A DNA stretch of 64,000 bases from Strigamia acuminata (lineage: Eukaryota): assembly GCA_949358305.1 (NCBI GenBank), contig OX442314.1, positions 17,050,001 to 17,114,000 of the forward strand, given 5' to 3'. The position numbers and the translations under genes are program-made. Below the pieces are notes generated by a model. That model saw only the letters and a program-made list of their open reading frames with translations. It was not told where the DNA came from and did no database searches. The stretch's first letter is position 1. Each line of letters starts with the position of its first letter. Positions 1-13,927 of this stretch are shown in pieces.

Positions 1-92
1 TGATTTTTAGGGACAATTTGTCGTGTTTTAAAAATAAATTTTTTTATTCTCGTTATAATTAATCGTAAAATTTTTGTTTTGCTTTAGGTGAT

Positions 93-721
93 ATGTCGGC
101 GCTTGGAAATAATTCCGGATCCGGACAGGGAACAAATCAATCTGAATCAATGAAGAATCTTGGAGTTTCCTTGTCAGATTTTATTACTCAATTAGAAGAT
201 TATGCTCCAACGGTAAATAAATATTTTTGGCAAAAAATTGTTTTTGTAATTATTCTAATTTTTATTTTATTACAGATTCCTGACACAGTCACATCGCATT
301 ACCTCAATTCTGCTGGATTTGAAGCCTCGGATCCCCGAATGTAGGCATTTATTGTCGAATATTTTCATATTTAATTTCTATTTAATATCTTTGTTGTAGA
401 ATTCGTCTAGTTTCATTAGCTGCTCAAAAATTCATTTCCGACATCGCTAACGATGCGTTACAACATTGCAAAATGCGAGGATCAGGCCAGAGTTCGAAAA
501 AGGCTGGCAAAGTAAGTCGAAAATGTTAAATTCGGGCCGAAATATTTCGGTGTGTGGTGATAGTGCAATATGATGATCAAGTCACGCCACGGTTTCTTGA
601 AAATTCACGAAATTTACGTGTTTTTTTTTAGGATAAACGTTACACATTAACAATGGAGGATCTCACACCCGCACTCATGGACTATGGAATTAATGTAAAG
701 AAACCTCATTATTTTGTTTAA
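93..721 (+). CDS. TAF10: TFIID subunit 10; 4 coding exons (93-212, 276-340, 400-511, 632-721)
   Basis: Spliced translation gives [56 protein letters not shown]...[29 protein letters not shown], the TAF10 histone fold. All introns are GT-AG. Confidence 0.96.
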
Positions 722-989
722 CTTGGCATCTTATTATGTTTATATTAACCATATTTTATTTACTGTACCAATGTGGTAATGTAAATCAATTAATTTGAAA
801 CTTAAACGGTTCAAATTAAAGTATTATTTAACACAATTTTTGACTGAAATAAATTAATTTTTTCTTTGAAAAGAAGGAAATGAAGTTTTATCTGGTTTTT
901 TCGAATAAAAGCGATCGAAAACGTTTTGTATTCGCTTCAAAATAATTACAAAACTATAAAAGAATTATTTAGACGATAGTAACACGTGA

Positions 990-1061
990 AGCAGAGTGGC
1001 GCAGTGGAAGCGTGCTGGGCCCATAACCCAGAGGCCGATGGATCGAAACCATCCTCTGCTA
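990..1061 (+). tRNA. Initiator tRNA-Met (CAT)
   Basis: AGCAGAGTGGCGCAGTGGAAGCGTGCTGGGCCCATAACCCAGAGGCCGATGGATCGAAACCATCCTCTGCTA: A1-U72 pair, three G-C pairs in the anticodon stem, and the GATCGAAA T-loop of eukaryotic initiators. Confidence 0.97.
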
Positions 1062-1065
1062 ACAA

Positions 1066-1083
1066 TTTTTTTTTTTTTTTTTT
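1066..1083 (+). terminator. Pol III oligo(T) terminator of tRNA-iMet
   Basis: Long T run starting a few nt after the tRNA discriminator base. Confidence 0.85.
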
Positions 1084-1296
1084 AAATTTAATTTAGTTTA
1101 TTTTGATTTGATTATGATATAAAAAACTGGCATTTGTCTTTTGTCAAAATTGGAAGAATTTCAAGCAATTTTTTCGTGATTAAAAATACACTTCCGCGAA
1201 TCTTTTGTTGGATTTTTCCCGATCGGTCTGAAACAGCAGCGCCACCGCCGACCAGCAACCAGTCACCACATTTTTGGTTGGTTAGTTGCATCTGCA

Positions 1297-2210
1297 ATGT
1301 CGGACCCACAGTCTTTGCTCTCGAAACATCTTCACCAAATTCGTGTTCCTCAACCTGGTGAAAAAATTTACAAAGATGAGTGTGCCTTTTCTTTCGATAC
1401 ACCCGTAAGTATTTGAAATCCAAAAATCGCTTACTCACAATTATTAATCGTATGTAGGCCTATGTTTGACATTTACCGACAAGCGTTTTTGTGTAGTATT
1501 TATGCAAATTATAATAAGTCATTGTTCTTAAACTTATATATTTCTTCAATTCCTACTTTTATTTCCAGGAGTCTGAGAATGGATTGTTCATTTGTATGAA
1601 TTCCTTTCTTGGATTTGGCCAGGATCATGTCGAAAGGCATTTTAGAAAAACCGGCAACGCCGTTTATTTACAACTTTTAATGAGAAAACGAGACGTAAAA
1701 GTTTGATCCTAAAGAGGTAAATCATTCACTCACTATTTTTTATGTTTAGATTTCAGTGGAAGCACCGAAAACCTCCGAAGGGAAAAAAATAACTCGAATG
1801 GCAATAGGTAACAACATAAAAGCAACTTATTTCACAAAATTACATTACAAAATGGTCTTTTATTATTTTCAGGAGTTGAAGGCGGTTTTGATATTGATAC
1901 CGGCAAAAAGTTTGAATACGATGAGCGTTGTAACATTGTAATTCTTCCAGATTTTGTGCAAATTTCGTTTCCAAATTCTAATTTGCCCGAAGTGGTAATA
2001 ATTGACTCGTGCAGGTGCTCCAGTTTTAGAAATTTTGCACCAAATGTTTGGTTTTTTTTGTGTTGCAGGTGCTAATTGCTGCGGATCGCATTTTAAGTTG
2101 TGATTCTGCCTCGAAAGTTGAGGAAGCACAAGCCCTTGCTGGTACCTGGGATGGAGAAAAACGTCCACTTACGAAGTGAGTCACTCTGAAATGAATTTTC
2201 ATTGATTGAT

Positions 2211-2247
<37 letters not shown>

Positions 2248-5019
2248 TTGAAATTTTAATAACGCAGACATGCCCAAAATTTGAAGCAGATGGATAATGG
2301 CATTCGAATCCGTCCACGTGGTTGGAAATGCGAAATGTGCGATAAAGTGGACAATCTGTGGTTGAATTTAACGGACGGGCGTATTCTTTGTGGCCGCCGT
2401 TTTTTCGATGGTAGTGGAGGAAACAACCACGCTATAGACCATTATAAGATAACGGGATATCCCCTCGCGGTCAAGTTGGGCACAATCACACCCAATTATG
2501 CTGGTTATTTAAACATTTGTTTTGGCGTTAACTCGAAATTTAAATTTATATAAATTATTTCAGATGTATTTTCATATGACGAAGATGAAATGGTCGAAAA
2601 TCCAAATTTGCCTGATCATTTGGCCCATTTTGGCATCAATATCACACAAATGGAAAAAGTAACCTGTAAAAAAAAATTTCTTTTAGTTTTGTTTAACGAA
2701 ACGTTTTATTTTTCAGACTGATAAATCGATGATTGAGCTCGAAATCGATATGAATCAACGCATAGGTGAATGGGCTACGATTCAGGAGGCAGGAAGTCAA
2801 CTCATACCGTTGTACGGTCCTGGTTATACCGGCCTTGCTAATTTAGGCAACTCTTGTTATTTGAATAGTGTTATGCAAGTGGTGTTTTCTATTTCCGAAT
2901 TTCAACTCAGGTACGACGTGCTTAATTAACATTAATTTAAAACAAACGTAAATCATTGTAATTTCCAGGTATGCGAATACGGCGTGTGAAATATTTGATA
3001 AAGCTCCTTTCGACCCCATTAGTGATTTTAACGTTCAAATGTAAGTTTATAGTTGCTAGTATTACGTCTTAAAATTACTTTTATTTTTTTTTCTAGGGCA
3101 AAACTCGGTCATGGTCTGCTTTCTGGAAAATATTCTCAGCCACCACCTCCAGCAACCGATGCAGAGCAGCGCAGCGAGAATGTGGTAATTTTGATTTGTT
3201 AGGCTCAGATAAATCACGACTGATTTGAAATGATTATTAGGGACAACCCGGCATTCGTCCATCGATGTTTAAATCCCTCATTGGTAAAGGCCACACGGAA
3301 TTCTCAACTAAACGTCAGCAAGACGCTCAAGAATTTTTTCTTCATCTGCTCAATGTGTTAGAAGTATGAACCCAAGTAAATTGGTTGTGGATAAATCGGA
3401 TATAATTTAATTCCGTTTGTTATTTCCAGAGAAACAACCGAGGACAACAGAATCCTGCGGACTGCTTTAAATTCAAGGGCGAAGAACGAATGCAGTGTTT
3501 AAATACTGGGAAAGTGAAGTACACATATACTACTGAATCCATCCTGCGAGTTCCTATTCCTCTTGAAGCCGCCATGAACAAAGGTTTTATTGATTAGCAA
3601 CAAAATATTAGTTCTTGTTATTGATTGTGCGATTTTATTTGCAGAACATGTGCTAGAATACGAAACTAAGAAAGCAGCTTACGAGGCCTCCGGACAACGA
3701 TTGTATTATATATTTAACTTAATTGCTGAATTTATTTTTATTTTATTTTATTTTATTCGTTTTTAGACCGTCCGAAGAAATGGTCAGAGCTAGAATTCCG
3801 TTTAGAGCATGTTTGGAAGCGTTGGCAGCTCCTAAATCGGTGCAGGGTTTCTTTAACACGGATCTGCAGGCCGACACAACTGTTGTTAAGTATGTTTTTT
3901 TTTTTTTTATATATTTTTGAACAATTTAATGTTTTATATAAATTTTTTTATATTTTTTACAATTAAGAACTTCACGTATGGCCACATACCCCGATTTTTT
4001 GATGGTTCAATTAGAAAAATTTACTTTTGAAGATGGCTGGATTCCGAAAAAGCTTGGTTGGGTTATTTGCTTTGAGCGCACGTAGAATTTTATTAATAAT
4101 AATAATAATTAACTATTTTTAGACGTGTCTATTGATGTTCCTGACGAATTGGACTTGCTTCTGCTCCAGGGTCATGGCGTACAACCTGGCGAAGAACTAA
4201 TGCCCGACGATTTGCATTCAATAGCCAACGCTCAACCAGAACATCCAGCATTCCAAATGGATGAAGTTGTGGTGGCGCAGTTGGCCGAGATGGGCTTTCC
4301 CGTGGATGCTTGTCGCCGTGCCCTGTTCAACATCGGTTGCAGTGACTTGGCAGCTGCTGTCACTTGGTTGACTGAGCACATTGCCGATGCTGGTACAGCG
4401 AGATTTTGGTTCTGTTTAATAGTGATTTTACATTTTTTTTTGTACATTTTTATTCTAGATTTTACGGCTCCATTTATTGTTCCAACTAGTAAACCATCGA
4501 ATCCCGCAGCTTGTGCTTTCGTGGCTGATGAAACCGCTATTGCTACGATTATTACAATGGGTTTCTCCCCGGAACAAGCGAAACAAGCCTTGAGAAACAC
4601 TGTAAGTGTTAATCGCGAGTTGAATTTCTACTATGTCTATGACTTAATGTATCTGTTTTAGGATAACAACGTTGAACGTGCGGTTGATTGGATATTTAGT
4701 CACATTGGTGAATTAGAAGCTGGCGATCAGGACAACGGAGCATTAATGTCGCAACCGCAATTTCGCGATGGATTAGGAAGTTCGTCGTTACTTAAATTCG
4801 ATATTTATTACGAGTTTTATTTGTTTATTTTATTTATTTTGTTTAGGGTATCGATTGGTTGCTTTTATCTCGCACATGGGCACTTCAACGATGGTGGGTC
4901 ACTACGTGTGTCACATTTATAAGGATGGGCGTTGGGTGATATACAACGACAACAAAGTTGCACTCTCAGAAAATCCTCCGAAAGATTTAGGTTATTTGTA
5001 CCTGTTTCAAAGAGTATAA
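1297..5019 (+). CDS. USP5: Ubiquitin carboxyl-terminal hydrolase 5 (isopeptidase T), multi-exon
   Basis: N-terminal [14 protein letters not shown], ZnF-UBP ([23 protein letters not shown]), Cys box [23 protein letters not shown], two UBA domains, His box [14 protein letters not shown]. Exons join in frame via GT-AG. Confidence 0.95.
2213..2246. repeat. (AAT)n microsatellite in a USP5 intron
   Basis: About 11 tandem AAT units. Confidence 0.9.
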
Positions 5020-5719
5020 ATTGAGAACCAAACGTCGGCTGGAGAACCATAATTTCACTAAACTGAAAATGAATCGATAATTTTGTTCATTTCTTGATGT
5101 GGTTAATATGATGTGCCTTAGTAAGATATGTAATGTGAATCAACTTAAATTTTTGAATGAGCAAGTCTCGAGCAAATTACTATTAAACACATCAAGCTTA
5201 CTGTTTCTTTTCTATTTTTTTCTTTACGTTGCCAACATGATTTCTGCTCGAAATGTTTTTGAAAGTTAGGTCGCATTTTATCTTGATAAATCTTTATACC
5301 TTTTTAATATTGTTAACTGCAGGTTACGTGTGTGCAGAGACATGCCAGTTATTGTACTTAAATAAAAATAAGTACAATGCACTAACCGCGTGCGTTTTTT
5401 TTAAACATAAAACTTGCGCATATAAACTGAAGCTAATTTTTGTTTGCGTGGCTTAGCACCGACGACAAACTACATCCGTTTACATTTTTTTAAAAATATA
5501 CAAATACATATTTTATTTTGTTATAAAATTTGATTTCTAAAGTTGAAATAAAAAACTGAGGGACAAATTGACACGGGAATACCTCCGCAGGAAATATCAC
5601 TTGACACTCGCGATCCAATCAAAACGATCTAACCGCATGCGCAGTTGGAGCCACTTGCTTCATTTCCGGTTTGTGCTTGATGTACCTCGTGGCCTGTGAC
5701 AGCGTACACCGTCCTTAAA

Positions 5720-8700
5720 ATGACCGGCTGCATTGATTTGATCTTCGTTCAAGATTTAATAAGACGTACATTTCCCATTATCGACGAGGAAGTATGCACT
5801 TATATTACGGGTAAGCTGATTAATTTGAATTAACCGGTTTGGCTTTCAACTCATTCCTTGTTACTAGGAGTTTTGGAGGATGGAACTGGTCAATTCGCTT
5901 CGAGTGAAGAAGTTTATGACGCTATTGGAGACTATTTACACGCCGTTGCGGGTGAAGACGAAGATCACTTAATCGAACAATTATGCCAACAATTAGTTAA
6001 AGCTATGAAAAGGTAAAAAAAATAGATAAAAATGATGACTCGATGTACAATTATGAATGATTGACTAATTTATTTTTCTCGATAAAAGCGGATCTGATGA
6101 CATTGGTTTGGGACAAAATGGTGAAATTCGAAAACTGGCTGTGCCTGTTCATCTTCGAGAAGTTGCTGCTGAACAAGAACTACAGCGCAATATTGAAAAT
6201 GAAATTGTATCAATTGCCGATGTGCGAAAGGATTGCAGTGACGTAAGACATCATAAAATTTTGTTTTCGTAGTTGCGTAATCATTTTTTAAAAATTATTT
6301 ATTTGTTTATTTACAGACAATTGATTACAAGAAATTGGAAAAGGCTGAAGCTAGATCAAAGACCAAACAAGGAAAAAGAAGCAAAGATGCCGAGAATGCA
6401 CCTAAACAGTATTTTTAATTTTTTTTAATCTTTAAAGTGGTGAATGTAATCTAGATTCTGAATTGTTTGCGCAGATGTTTAGAAGATAATGGAGCGACTG
6501 TTTCACAAACAACTAGTCGACGGGAAACACGTTTAGATGCCAAAGGAACTGTTTATACTAAAGATATTCGCATCGAGTTATTTGATATTGCTTTTGGAGA
6601 CAGGTAATATTTTAAAAATATGTCTAAATTGAATTTTGTACTTGAGCAGTTATTTCTATTATAAATTACAGATTGCTTTTTAAAGATGCGAGTTTACTAC
6701 TTATAAGCGGTAGACGTTATGGTTTAGTTGGAAGGAATGGTTTAGGAAAAACCACATTGCTTCGAATGATTTCATCAAATCAGTTAAAGATTCCTTCTAA
6801 CATATCGATGTTGCACGTAGAGCAGGAAGTGGTCGGAGACGACACTTTAGCGATTCAAAGTGTTCTCGAATGTGATGAGCTTCGAGAGAGCTTGTTGAAA
6901 GAAGAAGCTGAAATCACTAAAAAGATCAATTCTGGGTACACAATTTACTTCTTATTAAATTAATGAATGGTGTAAAATTAATCGAATTATGTACGTTAGG
7001 GATGAATCGGGACTCCAGACTAGATTAAACGAAGTTTACGCAAAATTACAAGAGATTGAAGCGGACAAAGCTCCCGCACGAGCTTCTGTGATCTTGTCGG
7101 GTCTCGGGTTTGATACCAAGGGCCAGCAACAGGCAACGAAACTTTTTTCCGGTGGTTGGAGAATGCGTCTTGCTTTAGCTCGCGCGTTGTTTTCCAAGTA
7201 AGGAATTTTTAAATTTATTTCTCTATGTATTGATACTTATTGATTTTGAAATATTTTAGGCCCGATTTATTGTTACTCGATGGTATGTTAAAATAAAAAT
7301 AAAATTTGACTCGTATTTATTGTGAATTTACATTTTATAGAGCCTACTAACATGTTGGATATGAAGGCGATATTGTGGCTAGAGTTGTATCTTCAGGTTG
7401 GTATTGATTACAACACTTTTATCCGTATGGTTAATATTTTTTACATTTTTTTATTTCAGTCGTGGCCTACAACTTTATTGTTCGTTTCTCACGATCGTCA
7501 ATTTTTAGATGTTGTTCCAACGGATATTCTGCATTTACACTCGAAACATCTCGATTCGTATCGTGGTGCTTATAGTAATTTTATTAAGACCATGACTGAA
7601 AAGTTAAAAAACCAACAACGGGAATATGAAGCTCAGCAGCAGCATAAAGCTCATGTTCAGGAATTTATAGATAAATTTCGTTACAATGCAAAAAGAGCTT
7701 CTTTAGTGCAAAGTAAAATTAAAATGTTGGAAAAATTGTGAGTATTTGTGTTCCGAATTTGGGAAGACGAGCGTGATTACTATTTTGTTAATTTTAGACC
7801 GGAATTACAAAAGATCGAAAAGGTGGGTGAAGTAGTGCTTAATTTCCCGCCAACTGAACCGTTAGCACCACCTATAGTTCAATTGGACGATGTTGCCTTT
7901 CACTACGTGCCTGATAAAATAATTTTTGGTGATATTAGTGTTTCTGCCAACATGGAATCTCGAATTTGTATCGTACGTGATAATTGATTCAAAAAAATTC
8001 TTCGATTTCAAATTTTTTTCTGTCTTTAGGTTGGCGAGAATGGTACTGGAAAAAGTACACTTCTCAAGATCATCATGGGAGAGTTGTCACCAGTACGGGG
8101 TATACGACACGTACATCGTAATTTACGAATTGGTTATTTCAGTCAACACCATATTGATCAATTAGAAATGACTATATCGTCCGTTGAGTTTCTTGCTTCG
8201 AAAATTCCAGGTAAGACAGTCGGGGGCACAACCATGCCTTCGTATTTAACCGTTAATTTTCCAGGCAAGCCCGTAGAGGAATATCGGAGACAATTGGGAT
8301 CATTCGGTGTATCCGGTGATTTAGCATTACAACAAATTAATACACTATCCGGAGGACAGAAGAGCCGCGTTGCATTCGCAGCGATGTGCATGCATAGGTA
8401 TAATGCTATTTCGGTTAAATTTAACTCATGTAGACAATTAATTTTGCCAGACCCAATTTCTTAATCTTGGATGAACCTACGAATCATTTGGATGTCGAAA
8501 CGATCGAGGCGTTGGCAAAAGCTATTAATAAATTCACGGTGAGTTTTCTTACGATAGGATAAATAGTAACGAATATTTATTTTCCGTATATTTTTAGGGT
8601 GGAGTTATTTTAGTTGCCCACGACGAGCGTTTAATCCGGTCTGTGTGTAAGGAATTGTGGGTTTGTCAGGCCACAACGGTAAAATCTTTAGAAGGTGGAT

Positions 8701-8753
8701 TTGATGAATATCGTGCTATTGTTCAAGCTGAGCTTGAACTTACATTAAAATAA
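5720..8753 (+). CDS. ABCF3: ABC-F family member 3 (GCN20-like), multi-exon, includes a 23-nt exon at 7260-7282
   Basis: Two ABC domains: GRNGLGKTT / FSGGWRMR / LLLDEPTN, and GENGTGKST / LSGGQKSRV / [11 protein letters not shown]. The linker [37 protein letters not shown] is typical of ABCF3. Confidence 0.94.
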
Positions 8754-8812
8754 TTTAATTAAAGACTAGTCTCGAATTAACTTTCCTTACATTAAGGGAA
8801 ATGTACAATATT

Positions 8813-11496
8813 TTATAAGTATTCGCTAATTATTCTGTCACTTGCTAAATATTTGAATTCGAAATGAAGACGACTGAGTGCTAAACATTTTTCTGTAGTT
8901 TTTTCTTCAAATCTCTTCTCAATGTTGGTCAAGAGCACCTCCAGTAGAAATACTGCATTCTTTTGTATGAAGGTTGTCTGTATTGGTAGTTAAAAGCATT
9001 AATTCATGTTCACAATGTGGATTTAGTTGAATTACCGAAGATTTAAAGTTTTCATTAGAGTAAGACAAAGACACGTGACTGAGTTGTGCCTTGAATAATT
9101 CGACGAGAGCATCCGAAATGAGATTTCTCGTATGCGGTGAAAAGAACTTCAAAACATCGTCCAGGAATGCTACACACGCCTTGGTGAAGTTAATGGTGTT
9201 GTTCGTCAAACAAATCCAGCACTCATCTGTATACATTTTAGTTAATGAATTACCAGTATTTTGAAACTCAAAATTACCGTAAACATATTTGGAAATGATA
9301 GGTAGCCCCAAATCGGCAGTGTCGTCTAAAAATTTCTCTAGACCTTGTTTGTTTTGGAGGTTCATTGGTCTCCATTTATCCTCCTGTAACGATGGAGTTC
9401 TTTAATATCGTAAGCAATGCGGCCATTTTGTTGAATACCTGAGCGCGCAGCTTAACTGCTTCCAACAATTTGTCTTTGGCCTCGAGAATAATTTTTTCCA
9501 CTTGAGGTTGCAGTTGACAATCGAGATGAAAAACAAAATCTAGTCCGGAATTTGTCATCTGAAAAAAAGAAGAAAAAAAAAACATTTTTAAATAAAAATC
9601 TGGTAACCGAATTTTTCCAATTTTCTTACCGCTTTGCAATGGGAACGTGCGAGTTCGACACTGGCAGCTGTGGTAGAAAACGATGATTGTGGGCTTAAAA
9701 CTTGTCGTGAAAAATTAATAGCAAAGTTGTTTATTTCTGACGTTGCCCATAACACAAAAGCCGAAAAACAATCAGGAAAATCCGTAAATGCTCGAACAAA
9801 TTCGTCGCAGGTTTCTCTCAGGTGAGAGAAAAAAGTTGCACATAAACGTTCGATGTACAAACTCGTGACCCCTTCAGTTTTCAGTTGCTTCGTAACGTGT
9901 TTCAAATGCGCGCTTCGGTACAGTAAATATAAATTACTTGCCTAAAAGTATTGAAAAGGAATTAGAACATTTTATGAATAAAAAGAATTGAATTTAGATT
10001 TACGTACTTGGCCCGATTTGCCTAAACGAATGAGGAGCTGAACTGCGCGCCGAGCAGCTCGTGGGCCCCCTTGCAATGATTTCTCGTGCGTTATTTTCAG
10101 TTCATTTGTCAAAACACCAGTCAGATTTGTTAGTCGCTGATCAACTCGAACTCTACGAAGAAAAATTTTAATTTAGATTTTGCCTTTTAAAAGATCCAAC
10201 AGCTAGAATTACTTAAGTTCTTTAATAGCGTTAGCATTTAGTTGATCGGCGCAATACTGGTTACATTTTTCAATATGTTGAACCGCAGATTCAAAGTTTC
10301 TTTCAGCAATTAAGACATCTAAATCTTCTGGTAATTCAATTAACCAATGTGGAAGCTCGTAATCATCACCGCAAGCAGCTTAAAAACAAATAGGTATTAG
10401 TATTTTGATTATTTTAATTTTTGTAATTTATTTTACCATCCACTTGTTTCCATACTCTGTCGACAGCGCTGTCGCGTCTCTGATCAAAATTTGTTTTGCT
10501 TTTCTTCGTACATTCCAAATGTTCTAATAACTCTTTCTGTACGCGACAACACCATATTTGTGGTTAAAATTTCTAACTATTCATTAATCTAATTACCTTT
10601 GCTTTGAGTGTCTCGCAGCAGAAAAGTCTTGTATCGGGAAACATAAGAAGTTTAAAAGCATTTGTTAAATGTCCTATATCACGAACATTTACAACAGCCA
10701 AACTTTCCAATTCATACAGAATTTGAAATTTGTAACGAACGGGTCCTCGTTTGTGCGGGATCCAAGAAGCTAACATCACGCTATCGTTCAAGAGGAAAAT
10801 GTGCATGCGACGAAGTTTTGCGAAATTTACCGCGTCTAATTCTGTAAGATCACTGCTGTAAACTATGTATCTACCTGGAACATCCATGATATTCTAAAAA
10901 AAAAAAAAAAAGGAAATCAAATTATCAATCAATTGCCTAAACAAATTGACGTAACCACTCACAGCACAGCCTTCGACTTTTTCTAAAAGTGAGGTTAAAT
11001 TCTTTTTCGTTTCTTCCTCTTGCAATTCATCGCCTTTTTCTTTCGACGTTGTAACTTTGTCGCCAGTCAATGAAATTTCTAGCAGTGAATTCATTAGTGA
11101 TTTCTGTTCACTCAGCATGTGACTCAGCTGATACATTTCAGTTTCCAAATCTACAATTTGATACGTTCAAGTATCAACTAACGTAATTAAATATTTTGAC
11201 ACATTTTACATGAAATTTCCCTAGCAGTTTCAATAAACTGCGTATAATTTTTGTAAACATTTTTCTTGAGCAGTCCATTTGCTTCTTCAGAAGCTGCTAA
11301 AATCTTTTGACGTCTCGCTGCTAAATCTGGCGCTCCTTGGGCGGAGACACAAAGTTCGCGGATATCTAAAATAAAAATAAGTAATTCTGTTGGTTTTAAA
11401 ATGTAATCAAATTCAAAACAGTTACATACAATTTTCTGCATTAAAATTGCTAGAATTTAATTTTCCTGCGAAAATGTCAGTTGTCGTTTTAGCCAT
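8813..11496 (-). CDS. EXOC8: Exocyst complex component 8 (Exo84), multi-exon
   Basis: LKKNVYKNYTQFIETAREIS, PH domain (HIFLLNDSVMLASW..LAVVNVRD), WLIELPEDLDVLIAERNFE and SLQGGPRAARRAV are all Exo84 hallmarks. Confidence 0.93.
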
Positions 11497-11910
11497 AACG
11501 AAACGATTTTCAACCTATGATTCAATCGGGTTCAACACTCCATAGCACTCCATAGATCCACCGCCGTAGGAAAGTAATCCAAAATTGAAGCCTACCGGAA
11601 AGACGGAGGCTGGAAACCTTTTCCTCTATCGATAATGGCGACACCTAGCGAATCCAATGATAACTGTACAGTCTGTGGTGTTAGGCTATTAAATAAGTGT
11701 ATTTGTGGTGCGGTTTCCTAATAAAATGACGTAAAAATGTTTCAATTAAAATACCATTAAAGCTACTTTTATTCAGAGTGAAGTTGATAATTCCATAACC
11801 TAACATTTAATCAGTGTGGTCGCTGCATGGCGCCTTCGTCGGTAAAGGCGTGGCTTAATTTTCTACAGTTTTTACTGCTTGGTAAACGATTACTGCACGT
11901 TGTTAGAAAT

Positions 11911-13724
11911 ATGGCGGCAGGACCGATATCCGAGCGCAATCAAGGTATGTTTAATTGTTTCAATGACTGGACTTACTTTAGAATAACCTAACCTGAAGTG
12001 GGCCCAATTCTAAAGTACACCCCAATTACTTCATTTAATATAAATATCGTATAATTTTATTATATTTATTTCTTTTGAAATAGATGCCACAATTTATGTT
12101 GGTGGATTGGATGAAAAAGTTTCGGAAGCTTTACTATGGGAACTGTTTGTCCAAGCAGGTCCCGTTGGTGCGTTTAATATATTGATATTGAAAATTTAAT
12201 AAATTATTTTATCAAGATAAATTAATTTATTTTCTTGGTTTGCAGTTAATGTTCACATGCCAAAAGACAGAGTAACCCAGCAACATCAAGGATATGGTTT
12301 TGTGGAATTTATGGGCGAAGAAGATGCTGATTATGCGATTAAAATTATGAACATGATCAAATTATACGGGAAACCTATTCGTGTTAACAAAGCATCAGCG
12401 CATCAAAAAAATTTGGACGTTGGAGCCAACATATTCATTGGAAATTTGGATCCAGAAGTAGACGAAAAATTATTATACGACACATTCAGTGCGTTCGGCG
12501 TAATTTTACAAACTCCTAAGGTATATTATTTTATCGACATAAATGACCAAGTGTGTAGATTTTTTAAAATTCAATTATTTTATTTCTTTTAGATTATGAG
12601 GGATCCCGAGACTGGGAACTCCAAAGGCTACGCCTTTATCAATTTTGCTAGTTTTGAAGCATCTGATGCAGCAATCGAAGCTATGAACGGACAATATTTA
12701 TGCAATCGTCCAATTTCCATCTCGTATGCATTTAAGAAAGATTCGAAGGGGGAACGACACGGATCCGCTGCTGAACGTTTGCTCGCAGCGCAGAATCCCT
12801 TGTCGCAAGCAGATCGACCGCATCAACTGTTTGCTGATGCGCCACCACCACCTCAATCTTTACCGCCTGCTCCTCCACCACCTCCTTCATCAATGCCACC
12901 TTTAGGAGGTAAAACAAATTCAAAAACGACTCGTTATACGTAATTCTAACATCCTCGTGTTGTTTTAGTGCTCATGTCTCCACTTATGACGGCGATGCCA
13001 CCACCCCCACTTCCGAGCGGTGCCCCACCTACAAATGTACCACCGCCGCCACCTGCTGGGATGCCACCGATGCATCATGCCATGCATATGGCTCAGATGC
13101 ATTCTATGCCTGCGCCAACTGCGACTACGCAGATGCAGAACATGATTCAACAAAATATGCAGAACAGTATGGCAATTTCATCGAATCAAATGCCGCCACC
13201 ACCTATGGGTAGGGAATTAAATAAAAATAAAAATTTATTTTTTCAAATGTTAAATATTGAACGATTTCCAGGATTACCTGCTCCACCTCCTCCTCCTCCA
13301 CCACCATCGATGCCACCGACTAGTAATGCCTCATCAAACGAAATGAGGCAATCACAAAACATGATGCCCCCTGGTGGACCTCGCATTCCTCCGCGGCCAC
13401 CTTATGGTAATTTTTCAATGTACCATCAATATTGAGCATGAAGTTTATAAATAAGTTATTTAATAAACTCTCGGTCAAGTTAAATCAGTAGTTTAGAAAC
13501 TTTAATTTCGTGATTAAAATTTTTCAGCTCGTCCAGCTTATTTGCCAAGGGCTCCACCACCTCCGCTTCCAAGAGGCGCCAGACCGACGGCACCCAGACC
13601 ACCGCAAGGGCGAGGCCAGGAAAATCAAATGGGGCCTCCATTACCACCGTCTCAAGCGCCGCCGCCTCCACCACCTAGCGCTCCTCCCCCGCCACCGCCT
13701 CCACCGATGCAACAACAGTATTAA
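11911..13724 (+). CDS. SF3B4: Splicing factor 3B subunit 4 (SAP49); two RRMs plus a Pro-rich tail
   Basis: [33 protein letters not shown]...[22 protein letters not shown]. Confidence 0.97.
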
Positions 13725-13797
13725 ATCAATGTAGAGGAAATCAACATTTTTATAGATTTTAATAACATCGGGGAAAAAGATCAATTTTTGCGTCATT

Positions 13798-13880
13798 ACA
13801 TTGTTTTTATGTATATTTTTATCATTTCATTTGGAATTCATTTTTTACCAAATAAAAGTCATGATTAATAAAAACATTGT
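13798..13880 (-). promoter_or_regulatory. SECIS element (type 1) in the 3' UTR of the SelU gene
   Basis: Minus strand reads AUGA(13862-59)-C-UUUUAUUUGG-U-AAAAAAUGAAUU-CCAAAUGAAA-UGAU(13824-21). This gives a 10-bp helix II (one G-U), the UGAC/UGAU kink quartet, apical AA 12 nt after AUGA, and helix I UGUUUUUAU/AUAAAAACA (9 bp). Confidence 0.9.
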
Positions 13881-13927
13881 AACCAGACAAAGAAAAATGA
13901 ACATTCTCAATTTTGAAACACTTAAAT

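Noticed and set aside
512..631. TAF10 intron 3 with a box C-like ATGATGA and small palindromes, a possible snoRNA
   Set aside because: No CTGA box D, no terminal stem, and too short.
8201..8271. TTCCAG|G(T/C)AAG repeated at both ends of an ABCF3 intron, resembling intron gain by duplication
   Set aside because: Explained by splice-site consensus; no evidence the intron is new.
13765..13797. Second AUGA...GA on the minus strand as another SECIS
   Set aside because: No apical AA at the right spacing and no helix II pairing.
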